In this document: positions 1 to 9,451 of the stretch, piece after piece | Layout of the letters: every line of letters begins with the position of its first letter | Numbering within the stretch: the stretch's first letter is position 1 | Assembly (NCBI GenBank): GCA_965279525.1 | Contig: CBDIIB010000005.1 | Span: 256,001-320,000, forward strand | DNA length: 64,000 nucleotides | Source: Tagaea sp. | GTDB taxonomy: Bacteria; Pseudomonadota; Alphaproteobacteria; CACIAM-22H2 | Direction: 5' to 3' | Program-made: the position numbers and the translations under genes | Notes under the pieces: model-generated | Seen by the model: the letters and a program-made list of their open reading frames with translations, nothing else | Databases searched by the model: none | What the model was told of the DNA's origin: nothing

Positions 1-404
1 TCGTCTTCGGCAAGCGCGTCCTCGGCCTCTATCGCGACGTGATCGCGGCGACCGGCCTTGGCGGCTGCGTGGCCGGCTGGCGGGCACTCGAGAGTGCCGC
101 CCCCTATGCGCCCGGCGACCAGAGCGAGGCCGACCGGATGATCGTCGCGGCGGCCGCCGATCTCGTGGCGAAAGACGGCGTCGAGGCGATCGTGCTGACT
201 GGGGCCGTGATGGCCGGTGTGCCCCAGCGCCTCCAGTCGCAGATCGAGGTGCCGATGTTCGACGGTATCTCGACCGGCGTGCCGCTCCTCGAAGCGCTCG
301 TGCGCATGAAGCCCGCGAAGCCGCGCACGGGCAGCTATGCGCCCGTCGGCGGACGCGACAGTGTCGGTCTCTCCGCCGCATTGGCCGGCAAGCTGAAGGG
401 TTGA
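1..404 (+). CDS. Asp/Glu/hydantoin racemase family protein (5'-truncated by window edge)
   Basis: Frame is open from the window start. C-terminal pattern DGVEAIVLTGAVMAG...VPMFDG resembles the racemase-family GAxxIVLGCAGM...PVIDG motif. Stop abuts the next ATG. Confidence 0.7.
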   Translation, partial: VFGKRVLGLYRDVIAATGLGGCVAGWRALESAAPYAPGDQSEADRMIVAAAADLVAKDGVEAIVLTGAVMAGVPQRLQSQIEVPMFDGISTGVPLLEALVRMKPAKPRTGSYAPVGGRDSVGLSAALAGKLKG

Positions 405-405
405 G

Positions 406-1275
406 ATGGGCCCGATTCATCCCGGGCGTTTCGACGACATCCCGATCGTCCGCCGGCCCGACCGCACCTGGCCGGAAGGCAAGCGGCTTGCGGTTTATGT
501 GGCGCTCAATCTCGAATCCTATTCCTTCGGCGAGGGGCTTGCCGAGGACATCGTCCCCGGCTCGGGCCAGCCCGACGTGCTGAACTGGTCGTGGCGCGAG
601 TACGGCAACCGCGTGGGTGCCTGGCGCCTGCTCGAGGAATTCCGCACGGCGGGCCTGCCCGCCTCGCTGCTGGTAAACGCGGCGATCTATTCGCGGCATG
701 CCGAGCTTGCCGCCGCCTTCGCCGCGGACGGCGCCGCGATCGTGGCGCACGGGCGCACGAACTCGGAAAGCCAGGCCGGACTCGACGAGACGGCCGAGCG
801 CGCGCTGATCGAAGAGGCGCGCGCCACGATCGCGCACCATGCGGGTTCCGCCCCGGCCGGATGGCTTGGCCCGTGGATCGCCGAGACCGAGCGCACGCCC
901 GACCTTCTGCAGGCGGCCGGCTTTTCCTACGTGCTCGACTGGTGCATGGACGACCAGCCGGTGTGGATGAAAACGCAAGCCGGCCGCCTGCTCGCCGTGC
1001 CCTATCCGCAGGAACTCAACGATTCGAACGCCATCGTGGCCCGCCGCCACAGCGCGGCCGACTTCGCCGACATGATCGTCGACCAGTTCGACGAGATGCG
1101 CGAGCAGGCCGCCGGCCAGCCGCTCGTCATGGGGATCGCCCTGCACGCCTATGTCGCCGGCCAGCCCTTCCGCTTGCGAAAGCTGCGCGCGGCCCTGCGC
1201 CATGTCGCCCAGCAGCGGCCCGATGTCTGGCTCGCGACGACGGACGCCGTCGCGGCCCACTGGTCGCTGGCATAG
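406..1275 (+). CDS. Polysaccharide deacetylase / PuuE-like cyclic amidohydrolase family protein
   Basis: WPEGKRLAVYVALNLE, WREYGNRVGAWR, HGRTN, GWLGPW, DWCMDDQP, PYPQELND and IALH motifs of NodB/PuuE-like proteins. Confidence 0.85.
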   Translation: MGPIHPGRFDDIPIVRRPDRTWPEGKRLAVYVALNLESYSFGEGLAEDIVPGSGQPDVLNWSWREYGNRVGAWRLLEEFRTAGLPASLLVNAAIYSRHAELAAAFAADGAAIVAHGRTNSESQAGLDETAERALIEEARATIAHHAGSAPAGWLGPWIAETERTPDLLQAAGFSYVLDWCMDDQPVWMKTQAGRLLAVPYPQELNDSNAIVARRHSAADFADMIVDQFDEMREQAAGQPLVMGIALHAYVAGQPFRLRKLRAALRHVAQQRPDVWLATTDAVAAHWSLA

Positions 1276-1325
1276 GGATTGCTCCTTCCGGACACCCCCC
1301 TCGTCCGGATCAGGAGTCTCTCGGC

Positions 1326-2360
1326 ATGCGTTCAGTCATTCTCGGGGCCGTCGCGGCCGTTCTCGCCGTCTCCGGCGCATCCGCCCAGACGCCGGTCCGC
1401 TGGCTGAGCCAGACACCGACCGTCCAGACCCAGTATCCGATCGAATCGGCCGCGATGGCGCGCATCACGTCGGCCGGCGTGGGCCTGCGCGTCGACCGGC
1501 AGGAATTCATGGCGCTCGGCCTCAATCTCGGCGATGCGCTGCGCCTCGTGCGCGGCGGCTCCTACGACATCGTTTCCACGCAGGTCGGCCTCGCCTCGCG
1601 CGACGACCCGTTCCTCGAAGGCATCGACCTGATCGGCGTGTCGACCGACATGGACGATCTCGAATCCTCGGTGAAGGCCTACCGCGCGATCTTCGACAAG
1701 CGCGTCGAGCAGCGCTTCGGCGCACGCGCGCTGGCGATCTGGCCGTTCGGCCCGCAGGTGTTCTTCTGCAACCAGGCGATCAAGACGCTCGACGATCTCA
1801 AGGGCCAGCGCGTGCGTTCGTTCACGCCGTCGATGTCGAAACTGCTCGAGCAGCTCGGCGCCACGCCGGTCTCCATCTCGTTCCCGGAAGTCTATCCCTC
1901 GCTGCAGCGAGGCGTCGCCAACTGCGGCGTCACGTCGCCGACCTCGGCCAATACCGGGCGCTGGCCGGAGGTGACCTCCCACCTGCTGCCGCTGTCGGTG
2001 TCGGGTTCGGTCCAGGCGCATCTCGTCAACGCCGCATGGTTCGCCAAACTGACGGCACCCCAGAAGGACACGCTCTCGCTCGAGCTTCGCCGGATGGAAG
2101 CCGAACTGTGGAACCTCGCGCGCAACACCAACAAGATCGCGACCGACTGCAGCATCGGCAAGGAGCCGTGCACCGCCCCGCATGTCAGCTACAAGATGAC
2201 GCTGGTCGACGTGGCACCCGCCGACCTCGCGCGCGTGCGCAAGATCTCGGCCGAGCAGGTCCTGCCGGAATGGGCCGAGCGCTGCGAGCGTTCGTATCCC
2301 AACTGCAAGCAGGCCTGGAACGCCAGCATCGGCAAGGCGCGCGGGATCACGATCCGCTAG
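1326..2360 (+). CDS. TRAP transporter substrate-binding protein (DctP family)
   Basis: ATG at 1326 after AGGAG. Signal peptide MRSVILGAVAAVLAVSGASA. DLKGQRVR and LGATPVSISFPEVYPSLQRG DctP motifs. Confidence 0.9.
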   Translation: MRSVILGAVAAVLAVSGASAQTPVRWLSQTPTVQTQYPIESAAMARITSAGVGLRVDRQEFMALGLNLGDALRLVRGGSYDIVSTQVGLASRDDPFLEGIDLIGVSTDMDDLESSVKAYRAIFDKRVEQRFGARALAIWPFGPQVFFCNQAIKTLDDLKGQRVRSFTPSMSKLLEQLGATPVSISFPEVYPSLQRGVANCGVTSPTSANTGRWPEVTSHLLPLSVSGSVQAHLVNAAWFAKLTAPQKDTLSLELRRMEAELWNLARNTNKIATDCSIGKEPCTAPHVSYKMTLVDVAPADLARVRKISAEQVLPEWAERCERSYPNCKQAWNASIGKARGITIR

Positions 2361-2981
2361 ATGGCCGAATTGGGTCCGTACGACAGCGACAACCCCGTCG
2401 CGCGCGCGCTGGGACCGGCGGTCCGCTGGTTCCAGATCGCGTGCGGCTGGGCGCTTGTCGCGATCTGCTTTGCCACCCTCTACGACATCGTCGCGCGCCG
2501 GCTGTTCGGCCACTCGGTGCAGGGCGTCAACGAACTGGGCGCCTATCTGCTCGCCATCGTTTCCGCCTTCGGGTTTTCATCGGCCCTTCTCCAGAAGGCC
2601 CATTCGCGGGTCGATTTCCTCTTCCCCTATCTGCCGCCGCTCGCCGTCTCGATCCTCAATCTCGCGACCGCGGTGCTGCTGGCCGGCCTTGCGGCGATTT
2701 CGGTCTGGCAGGGTTGGCACGTGCTGGACGAAAGCCTGCTGTTCGACAGCCGTGCGGCCACGCCGCTGCAGACGCCGATGTGGATCCCGCAGGGCCTGTG
2801 GTTTACCGGCCTTGCGGTCTTCGCCGGCGTCACGTCCGCGTGCGCGGTCCACGCCGCGATCCTGTTCGTGCGCGATCGCAAGCGGCTCGACGCGCTCTAC
2901 GGCCCGCTGACGGTCGAAGGACAGATCGAGGTGGAGACGCAAGGCACGCTGCCGCCTGACGCACTGGGCAAAACGCCATGA
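2361..2981 (+). CDS. TRAP transporter small permease (DctQ)
   Basis: About 4 hydrophobic segments, HSRVDF motif, located between DctP and DctM. Confidence 0.88.
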   Translation: MAELGPYDSDNPVARALGPAVRWFQIACGWALVAICFATLYDIVARRLFGHSVQGVNELGAYLLAIVSAFGFSSALLQKAHSRVDFLFPYLPPLAVSILNLATAVLLAGLAAISVWQGWHVLDESLLFDSRAATPLQTPMWIPQGLWFTGLAVFAGVTSACAVHAAILFVRDRKRLDALYGPLTVEGQIEVETQGTLPPDALGKTP

Positions 2982-4291
2982 CGATCGGGATCGCCGCCGT
3001 CGCGATCGGCTTTGCCGGGATGCTCCTGCTGCTTTTCCTCGGCATGCACGTGGCGACCGTGCTGTTCCTGACGGCCGCCATCGCCATCGAGATCTATTTC
3101 GGTGGCTCGCTGATGAGCATCTACGGCACGCAGCTGTGGAGCGCCATGGAGGATTACATCCTCCTGTCGATCCCGCTTTACATCCTCCTCGGCGAGATTC
3201 TCGTGCGATGCGGCGCCACCGACAAGATGTACGGCGCGCTCGCCCTGTGGCTCGGCCGGCTGCCGGGCGGCCTGCTGCACACCAATGTCGGCGCCTCCGC
3301 GCTGTTCTCCGCCGTGTCGGGTTCGTCGGTATCGACCGCGGCGACGATCGCGACGGTGGCGCTGCCTTCGTTCCGCCAGCGCGGCTACGACGACCGGCTG
3401 GTGCTGGGCTCGATCGCCGCGGGCGCTTCGCTCGGCAACCTCATCCCGCCGGGCATCGCCTTCATCGTCTATGCGGCGCTGACGAACAGCTCGGTCGGCC
3501 AGCTCTATGCCGGCGCCCTCGTCCCGAGCATCCTGATGACGTTGCTGTTCATGGCGACGATCGTCGCCATCGCGTTGCTCCGTCCCGACCTCACGGGGCC
3601 AAAGGAACCGCGCCGGACCCTTGCCGAGCGCATCCGGGGCCTTGGCGACCTTGCCGGCCCGCTCGTCGTCTTCGTCGTCATCATGGGCTCGATCTATACC
3701 GGCTGGGCGACGGTGACGGAGTCCGCCGCACTCTCGGTGCTGGTGGCGCTGGCCATCGCGGCGGCCAACCGCACGCTGAGCATCCGGATGCTGCACGAGA
3801 GCTTCGTGGCGACGGCGAACCTCACGGCCATCACCATGCTGATCCTGGCGGTGGCCTTCTTCCTCAATTTCGCGCTCGGCAGTCTCAACGTGACGCAGAC
3901 GCTAAGCACCTTCGTCGCCGGCATCGGGCGCTCGCCGACCGAGCTCATGTGGATCCTCGCGGTGTTCTACGTCCTTCTCGGCATCTTCTTCGAGACGCTG
4001 CCGATGATGGTCGGCACCGTGCCGATCGTCTTCCCGATCGTCGTGGCGATGGGCATCGACCCGGTCTGGTTCGGCGTGTTCATGGTGCTGATGTGCGAAC
4101 TCTCGCTGCTCTCGCCGCCCGTGGGCATGACGCTTTACGTGATCCAGGCCGTGCGGCGCGAAGGCAACATCCGCGACGTCTTCGCCGGCACTATTCCGTT
4201 CGTCGCGGCGATGGTGCTGATGACGGCGATCCTGATCCATTTCCCCGGGATCGCGACGGAGCTGCCCCGGCGGATGTTCGGCCCGGGCTGA
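2978..4291 (+). CDS. TRAP transporter large permease (DctM)
   Basis: 437 aa hydrophobic protein with SGSSVSTAATI, LGNLIPPG, GIDPVWFG and SPPVG DctM motifs. ATGA overlap with dctQ. Confidence 0.93.
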   Translation: MTIGIAAVAIGFAGMLLLLFLGMHVATVLFLTAAIAIEIYFGGSLMSIYGTQLWSAMEDYILLSIPLYILLGEILVRCGATDKMYGALALWLGRLPGGLLHTNVGASALFSAVSGSSVSTAATIATVALPSFRQRGYDDRLVLGSIAAGASLGNLIPPGIAFIVYAALTNSSVGQLYAGALVPSILMTLLFMATIVAIALLRPDLTGPKEPRRTLAERIRGLGDLAGPLVVFVVIMGSIYTGWATVTESAALSVLVALAIAAANRTLSIRMLHESFVATANLTAITMLILAVAFFLNFALGSLNVTQTLSTFVAGIGRSPTELMWILAVFYVLLGIFFETLPMMVGTVPIVFPIVVAMGIDPVWFGVFMVLMCELSLLSPPVGMTLYVIQAVRREGNIRDVFAGTIPFVAAMVLMTAILIHFPGIATELPRRMFGPG

Positions 4292-4371
4292 CGGCGCGGA
4301 TTTCTCTGCTCGACAAGCGGTCGTCAGTTGCCCCCATAATGGGTTGCTCAATCCGGAACGGTTGCAATTCC

Positions 4372-6036
4372 ATGTCAGTCCCCGTCCAGCAAGTGGCAAA
4401 TCCGTGGCTGCCACGCACCTTCGAATCCGGCGGCGGCTCGATGTGGCTGCTCGGCAACCTCGCCGTCGCGGCCAGCTACTTCGCGCTTGCGTTGATCGTG
4501 TCGCGGTTTTTTGCGGCCTACGGCCTGTTTCCGGCGCCGATCTGGCTGCCCGCAAGCGTGGCGATGGTCGCCGCACTGGCCGGCGGTCTCGGCGCCGCAC
4601 CTGGGATCTATGCCGGCGCGTTCATCGCCAATTTCGTCCTTTTCGACCCGCCGGTCGCCGAAGCGGCGGCGATCGCCGCGACGAACACGGCCGGCCCGCT
4701 GCTGGGCGCCGCCCTGCTGCGGCGATGGCATCCGCGCAAGGGGCTGTTTGACAGCTTCGCCGGGGTCGTTGCCTTCCTTGCGTCGACCACGCTCGTGGCG
4801 CCGGCAATCACGGCGCTCGGCGGTGCCGCCACCTTGACGATCGGCAAGCCGTTTAACGGCGCCATTTTCTACGAGATCTGGCTCGGCTGGTGGCTGTCGG
4901 ACAGCGGCGGCACCCTGTTTCTTGCCGCGGCGGCGATCCTGTGGCTCGGGCTCGAAAAGGACCAGCGCGGCCCGGCCGAGCGGCTGGCGCCGCGCGAACT
5001 GTTCGTGTGGACGACAGTCGCCGTCTTCACCGTGCTGCTGTTCCTGACACGCGAACTGCCGGGTGCCGCGATCAAGTGGGCGTTCCCGTTCCTGCTGGTC
5101 GTGCCGATCGCGTGGGTGGCGCTGCGCATGTCGCTGCGCGCGGCACTCACGCTGGTTTCGCTCGTCGCGATCTTCGCCAGCGCGGGAACCGTCGCCGGCG
5201 TGGGACCGTTCCAGACGGGGGCGGGAAACTCGCTGCAGCTCGTCGGCGTGCTGGTCGTCCTGCTGGCGATGACGGTGCTGACGATCGTGGCACTCGTCGC
5301 CGAACGGCGCAGTGCCGAAGCCGCCAGCCGTGTCAAATCGATGTTCCTGGCGACCGCCAGCCACGAGCTGCGCACGCCGCTCAACACGATCATCGGGCTT
5401 TCGTCCCTGATGGGCGAAGGGCGCGCGCAGCCCGCCGGGAAGGTCGCGGAGTATGCGCGCGACATCGAGCGCAGCGGCGAGCATCTGCTCGGGCTGATCG
5501 ACGACCTGCTCGACCTGTCGAAGATCGAGGCAGGCCGGTTCGATCTGCGCGAGAGTGTTTTCGACGTGAGGGAGCTGCTTCAGACGGCGCTGGGCTTTGT
5601 CGGCGAACAGGCGCGCAAGCGCGAGATCTCGCTCGAGGCCGATACGAATTCGACGGCGAGGCTGTTCGCCGACCGCAAGGCGCTGTTGCAGGTCCTGCTC
5701 AACCTGCTGTCGAACGCCGTCAAGTTCACCCCGCCCGGCGGCAATGTGGGCCTGACCGTGACGCGCGCGGCCGACGGCAGCCTGTCGATATCGGTCAGCG
5801 ACGACGGGATCGGCATCGAAGCGGCCGCGATGGAGCGTGTCTTCACGCCGTTCGAGCGCGTGCGCGACGGCGATGCGCGCGACGTGCCGGGCACGGGGCT
5901 CGGGCTCGCGATCGCGCGCGGGCTTGCCGAACTCCACGGCGGGACGCTGGCAATCGAAAGCGAGCCGGGGCGCGGGACGCGCACGACGCTGCGCCTGCCT
6001 GCCGGCCGGGTGCGGTCCGGCGAAACGGCACCCTGA
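4372..6036 (+). CDS. MASE1-domain membrane sensor histidine kinase
   Basis: N-terminal multi-TM region with PIWLPAS and WWLSDSGG (MASE1-like). HisKA SHELRTPLN. HATPase NLLSNAVKF, DDGIGI, GTGLGL. Start uncertain (4372 or 4441). Confidence 0.85.
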   Translation: MSVPVQQVANPWLPRTFESGGGSMWLLGNLAVAASYFALALIVSRFFAAYGLFPAPIWLPASVAMVAALAGGLGAAPGIYAGAFIANFVLFDPPVAEAAAIAATNTAGPLLGAALLRRWHPRKGLFDSFAGVVAFLASTTLVAPAITALGGAATLTIGKPFNGAIFYEIWLGWWLSDSGGTLFLAAAAILWLGLEKDQRGPAERLAPRELFVWTTVAVFTVLLFLTRELPGAAIKWAFPFLLVVPIAWVALRMSLRAALTLVSLVAIFASAGTVAGVGPFQTGAGNSLQLVGVLVVLLAMTVLTIVALVAERRSAEAASRVKSMFLATASHELRTPLNTIIGLSSLMGEGRAQPAGKVAEYARDIERSGEHLLGLIDDLLDLSKIEAGRFDLRESVFDVRELLQTALGFVGEQARKREISLEADTNSTARLFADRKALLQVLLNLLSNAVKFTPPGGNVGLTVTRAADGSLSISVSDDGIGIEAAAMERVFTPFERVRDGDARDVPGTGLGLAIARGLAELHGGTLAIESEPGRGTRTTLRLPAGRVRSGETAP

Positions 6037-6040
6037 CGCG

Positions 6041-6072
6041 AAAAGGGCGGCCCCGTCGCCGGCGCCGCCCTT
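6041..6072 (-). terminator. Rho-independent terminator after the ABC substrate-binding gene
   Basis: Stem AAGGGCGGC (6043-6051) / GCCGCCCTT (6064-6072), with a T run on the minus strand, between convergent genes. Confidence 0.65.
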
Positions 6073-6097
6073 CGATCACCGAAAATGCCTGCCGCGA

Positions 6098-7690
6098 CTA
6101 CTTGATGTTGACCAGGCGCAGCGGGAAGTAATTGTCGGCCATCTGGGTCACGTCGATATTCTGTTTCATCGCCCACACGATCGTCTGCTGGTGGAGCGGG
6201 ATGTAGCCGAAATCGTCGGCCAGGTGCTTCATGGCCCGGCTGATAAGCTCCTGCCGCTTGCCGCGGTCGGTCTCGACGGCGACGAGGTCGGTCAGCTTGT
6301 CGACCTCGGCGTTCGAGTAGCCGCCGTTGTTGAACTGGCCGCGGCTGCGTGCCGTATCCCGGGTGTGCATGAGATTGAACAGCACGTTGTGCGCATCGTA
6401 GGTCGCCGGCGTCCAGCCGAGCAGGTAGAACGACGTGTTGAAGCCCGGCGTATTGACCTTGGCGAAGAACCGCGCGCGGGTCTGCGCGTTGAGATTCACC
6501 TTCATGCCGATGCGCGCCAGCATCGCGACGGTCGCGGTGCAGATGCCCTCGTCGTTGACGTAGCGGTCGTTCGGGCAGTCGAGCGTCACCTCGAAGCCGC
6601 CCGGATAGCCGGCTTCCGCCAGCAGCCTCTGGGCCGCCGCCGGATCGAACGGAGCCGCCCGCCTGCCCATCTCGGCCGTGTAGCCGTTGACGCCGGGGGC
6701 GATCAGCGAACCGGTCGGGACGGACTGGTTGCGCATGACCCGGCTCTTGATCGCCTCGACATCGATCGCCTGATAGAAGGCCTGGCGCACCCGCTTGTCC
6801 TGGAACGGGTTCTTGCCCTTGACGGGCGAGTCCGTCAGCTCGGGGCGCAGCTGGTCGAAGGACAGGTAGATGATGCGCAGTTCCGGCCCCTGCACGAGCT
6901 TGAGGCCGGGCGTGCGTGCCAGCCTGTCCTGATCCTGCGGCGGCACCGTATAGACGAAGTCGACTTCGCCCGACAGCAGGGCCGCCATGCGGGTCGCGTC
7001 GTTGCCGATGCGGAAGAAGGTCGCCTCGGTGATGTTGTGCGCGGGCTTGTCCCACCAGTTCGGATTCGCGACCAACACCGTCTTCACGTCCGGCTCGCGC
7101 GTGCGCAGCACGAAGGGTCCCGTGCCGTTCGCGTTGCGGGTGGCGAAGCTTTCCTCGTTCTTGGTGATGTCGGCGGCGACGGTCGCGTTGTTCTTCTCCG
7201 CCCACGTCTTCGACATGATGCCCCAGGTCGAAAGCTGGTCGGGGAAGATCGGGTCGACGCCTTCGGTGTCGAACTCAACGGTGAAATCGTCGATCTTGCG
7301 CGCACCCTTGGCGGTCGCCAGCGTGCTCTTGAGATTCGATCCCCCGCTCTTGACGCGAGCGAGCGAGAAGAGCACGTCGTCGGCGGTGAAGGGCGATCCG
7401 TCATGGAACTTGACGCCCTGACGCAGGACGAAGCGCCAGACGGTCGGCGCGGTCTGCTTCCACTCGGTGGCGAGCGATGCCTCGAGCCTGAGACTGGCAT
7501 CGCGCCGCACCAGAGGCTCGTAGATGTTCTGCGTGAAGGTCAGAAGGAACGTTTCGTTGCGCGCGTAAGGATCCATCGAGTTGACGTCGCCGTCATTGGC
7601 CCACCGGAAGGGTTTGGCCTCGAGCGGCGAAACGTTCGCACAGACGGCGAGAAAGCCGGCAAGAATGCCGGCAAACCGGGTCATTTTCAT
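6098..7690 (-). CDS. ABC transporter substrate-binding protein, family 5 (DppA/OppA-like)
   Basis: Signal peptide. LRQGVKFHDGSPFTADDVLFS, GTGPF, NPFQDKRVRQA and CPNDRYVNDE motifs. Confidence 0.93.
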   Translation of the reverse strand: MKMTRFAGILAGFLAVCANVSPLEAKPFRWANDGDVNSMDPYARNETFLLTFTQNIYEPLVRRDASLRLEASLATEWKQTAPTVWRFVLRQGVKFHDGSPFTADDVLFSLARVKSGGSNLKSTLATAKGARKIDDFTVEFDTEGVDPIFPDQLSTWGIMSKTWAEKNNATVAADITKNEESFATRNANGTGPFVLRTREPDVKTVLVANPNWWDKPAHNITEATFFRIGNDATRMAALLSGEVDFVYTVPPQDQDRLARTPGLKLVQGPELRIIYLSFDQLRPELTDSPVKGKNPFQDKRVRQAFYQAIDVEAIKSRVMRNQSVPTGSLIAPGVNGYTAEMGRRAAPFDPAAAQRLLAEAGYPGGFEVTLDCPNDRYVNDEGICTATVAMLARIGMKVNLNAQTRARFFAKVNTPGFNTSFYLLGWTPATYDAHNVLFNLMHTRDTARSRGQFNNGGYSNAEVDKLTDLVAVETDRGKRQELISRAMKHLADDFGYIPLHQQTIVWAMKQNIDVTQMADNYFPLRLVNIK

Positions 7691-7749
7691 TTTTGCCCCC
7701 TCCGCTGGAATTCAGGCAAGTTTAGCGGCTGGGATATCCGAATCCACAT

Positions 7750-7766
7750 ACTTATGTATTCATATG
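7750..7766. promoter_or_regulatory. AT-rich near-palindrome, possible GntR-family operator
   Basis: TATGTATTCATA (7753-7764) about 60 bp upstream of the SBP start; resembles TGTATACA-type GntR sites. Confidence 0.35.
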
Positions 7767-7841
7767 AAATTCGGGCCACCCGCGAAGGACTGCGGTCGGC
7801 TCGGTCTTAAATTGCCTGAAGCGAGCCGACCGGACGGGGCG

Positions 7842-8471
7842 TCAGTTCGGCCTTGCCGCGTAAAGCTCGCGCAGGTCTTCGGCGGCGCGCGACAGTTCGT
7901 TCAGATGCGGATTGAGCGCCAGCGCACGCTCGTAGGCGACAAGGGCCGCCGCCGGATGGCCCTGGCGCATCGCGATCTGGCCGAACCCCGCCAGCGCCCC
8001 GTAGTGGCGCGGCTCTCGCGCCAGCGTCTCGACGATGTCGGCGACCGCATCGGCATCGCGCGTTTCCATGAAAGCGAGCGTGGCGCGCTTGTTCCATGCC
8101 TCGGCCCAGTCGGGATAGCGCGCGCAAAGATCGTCGAGCGTATCGCGTGCCCGGTCGCTTTCCTTGGCGACGATCTGGCCGATGGCGGCATGCATCGCAT
8201 CGACGGCGGCGGGTTCCGAATGGTCTGTCCATAGCGCCCAGATGAGGTCGCCCGTCTCCTCGGCACCGCGCGGTGGCTTGTCGCGCTGCAGTTCGCGGAA
8301 CAGCGCGTCCAGGCGCTTGGGCAGGCCGGCTGGAGGCACGCGATCGCACAAGGTCAGCACGCGACGCAGCGCCGCCGCGATGTCTGGCGGACGCGGAACC
8401 GACGCGACCGGCGGCCGGACTGCGGTCCGACGGGCGGCTGGCTGTTTGCGTTCCTGTTTCACGAGGCACAA
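7842..8471 (-). CDS. Tetratricopeptide repeat protein
   Basis: PDWAEAWNKRATL, LAREPRHYGALAGFG and ALALNPHL TPR signatures. Start uncertain. Confidence 0.8.
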   Translation of the reverse strand: MCLVKQERKQPAARRTAVRPPVASVPRPPDIAAALRRVLTLCDRVPPAGLPKRLDALFRELQRDKPPRGAEETGDLIWALWTDHSEPAAVDAMHAAIGQIVAKESDRARDTLDDLCARYPDWAEAWNKRATLAFMETRDADAVADIVETLAREPRHYGALAGFGQIAMRQGHPAAALVAYERALALNPHLNELSRAAEDLRELYAARPN

Positions 8472-8544
8472 TTTCGCGCATTCGCCGTCCGGTTTCTATC
8501 TTTTTCGCGCGGGTCCGAGGGGATTGGCTATAGTCCGGGCTGTC

Positions 8545-9450
8545 ATGGAATCGTCTCCCAGGAAGCGTCTCGTCGCCGTCGGCGCCACGTGCCTAACGAG
8601 CATCTACCGCATCGAAACCATTCCTGTGGCACCTGCCAAATCGGTGTCGACGCAAGCCTGCCGCGTCGTCGACGGGATGGCGATTTCGGCCGCCTGCGCC
8701 TTCAGCCGCCTTGGCGGCGAGGCCGAAGTCTGGGCGCGCATCGGCGACGATCCGCAAGGTGCCGCGATGCTCGTCGAACTGGCCGAAGCCGGCGTCGATG
8801 TCTCGTCGTGCCGGGTGATCCCGGGCGGGAAGTCGTCGCACTCGGCCGTCATCGTCGACCGGAACGGCGACCGGCTCGTCGTTCCCTACCACGACCCCAG
8901 CCTCGACCGGACGGCGGACTGGCTGCCGTTCGAGCGCTACGCGAAGGCCGATTTCATGCATTGCGAGGTCCGCTGGCCCGAAGGCGCTGAAGCGGCACTG
9001 GCGGCGGCACGGCGGGTCGGCCTGCCGGCCATGCTCGACGGCGAAACGGCTCCGCTCGACGTGCTCCACCGGCTGGTCCCGCTCGCCACGCACGCGGTGT
9101 TTTCCGATCAGGGTCTTTTCGCCTTCGCCGGCACCGGCGATCTCGAGGCGGCGCTGCGCCATGTCGCCGCCAGCCACGACGGCCACGTGGGTGCGAGCTG
9201 CGGACCCGCCGGCTACGCGTGGATCGAGAACGGCGCCGTCCGGCGCGTTCCGGCACCGAAGGTCGATGTCGTCGACACGTTGAGCGCCGGCGACGTGTTC
9301 CATGGCGCGCTGGCACTCGCACTTGCCGAGGGCCGCCCGATGGAAGCGGCCGCGCGCTTCGCGTGCGTTGCCGCGTCGATCAAATGCACGCGCTTCGGCG
9401 GACGGCTCGGCTGCCCGACCCGCGACGAGGTCGAGGCGGCGGGCGGCTAG
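8545..9450 (+). CDS. PfkB family carbohydrate kinase (sulfofructose kinase YihV-like)
   Basis: RIGDDPQG and the VVDTLSAGDVFHGA PfkB signature. Confidence 0.88.
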   Translation: MESSPRKRLVAVGATCLTSIYRIETIPVAPAKSVSTQACRVVDGMAISAACAFSRLGGEAEVWARIGDDPQGAAMLVELAEAGVDVSSCRVIPGGKSSHSAVIVDRNGDRLVVPYHDPSLDRTADWLPFERYAKADFMHCEVRWPEGAEAALAAARRVGLPAMLDGETAPLDVLHRLVPLATHAVFSDQGLFAFAGTGDLEAALRHVAASHDGHVGASCGPAGYAWIENGAVRRVPAPKVDVVDTLSAGDVFHGALALALAEGRPMEAAARFACVAASIKCTRFGGRLGCPTRDEVEAAGG

Positions 9451-9451
9451 T

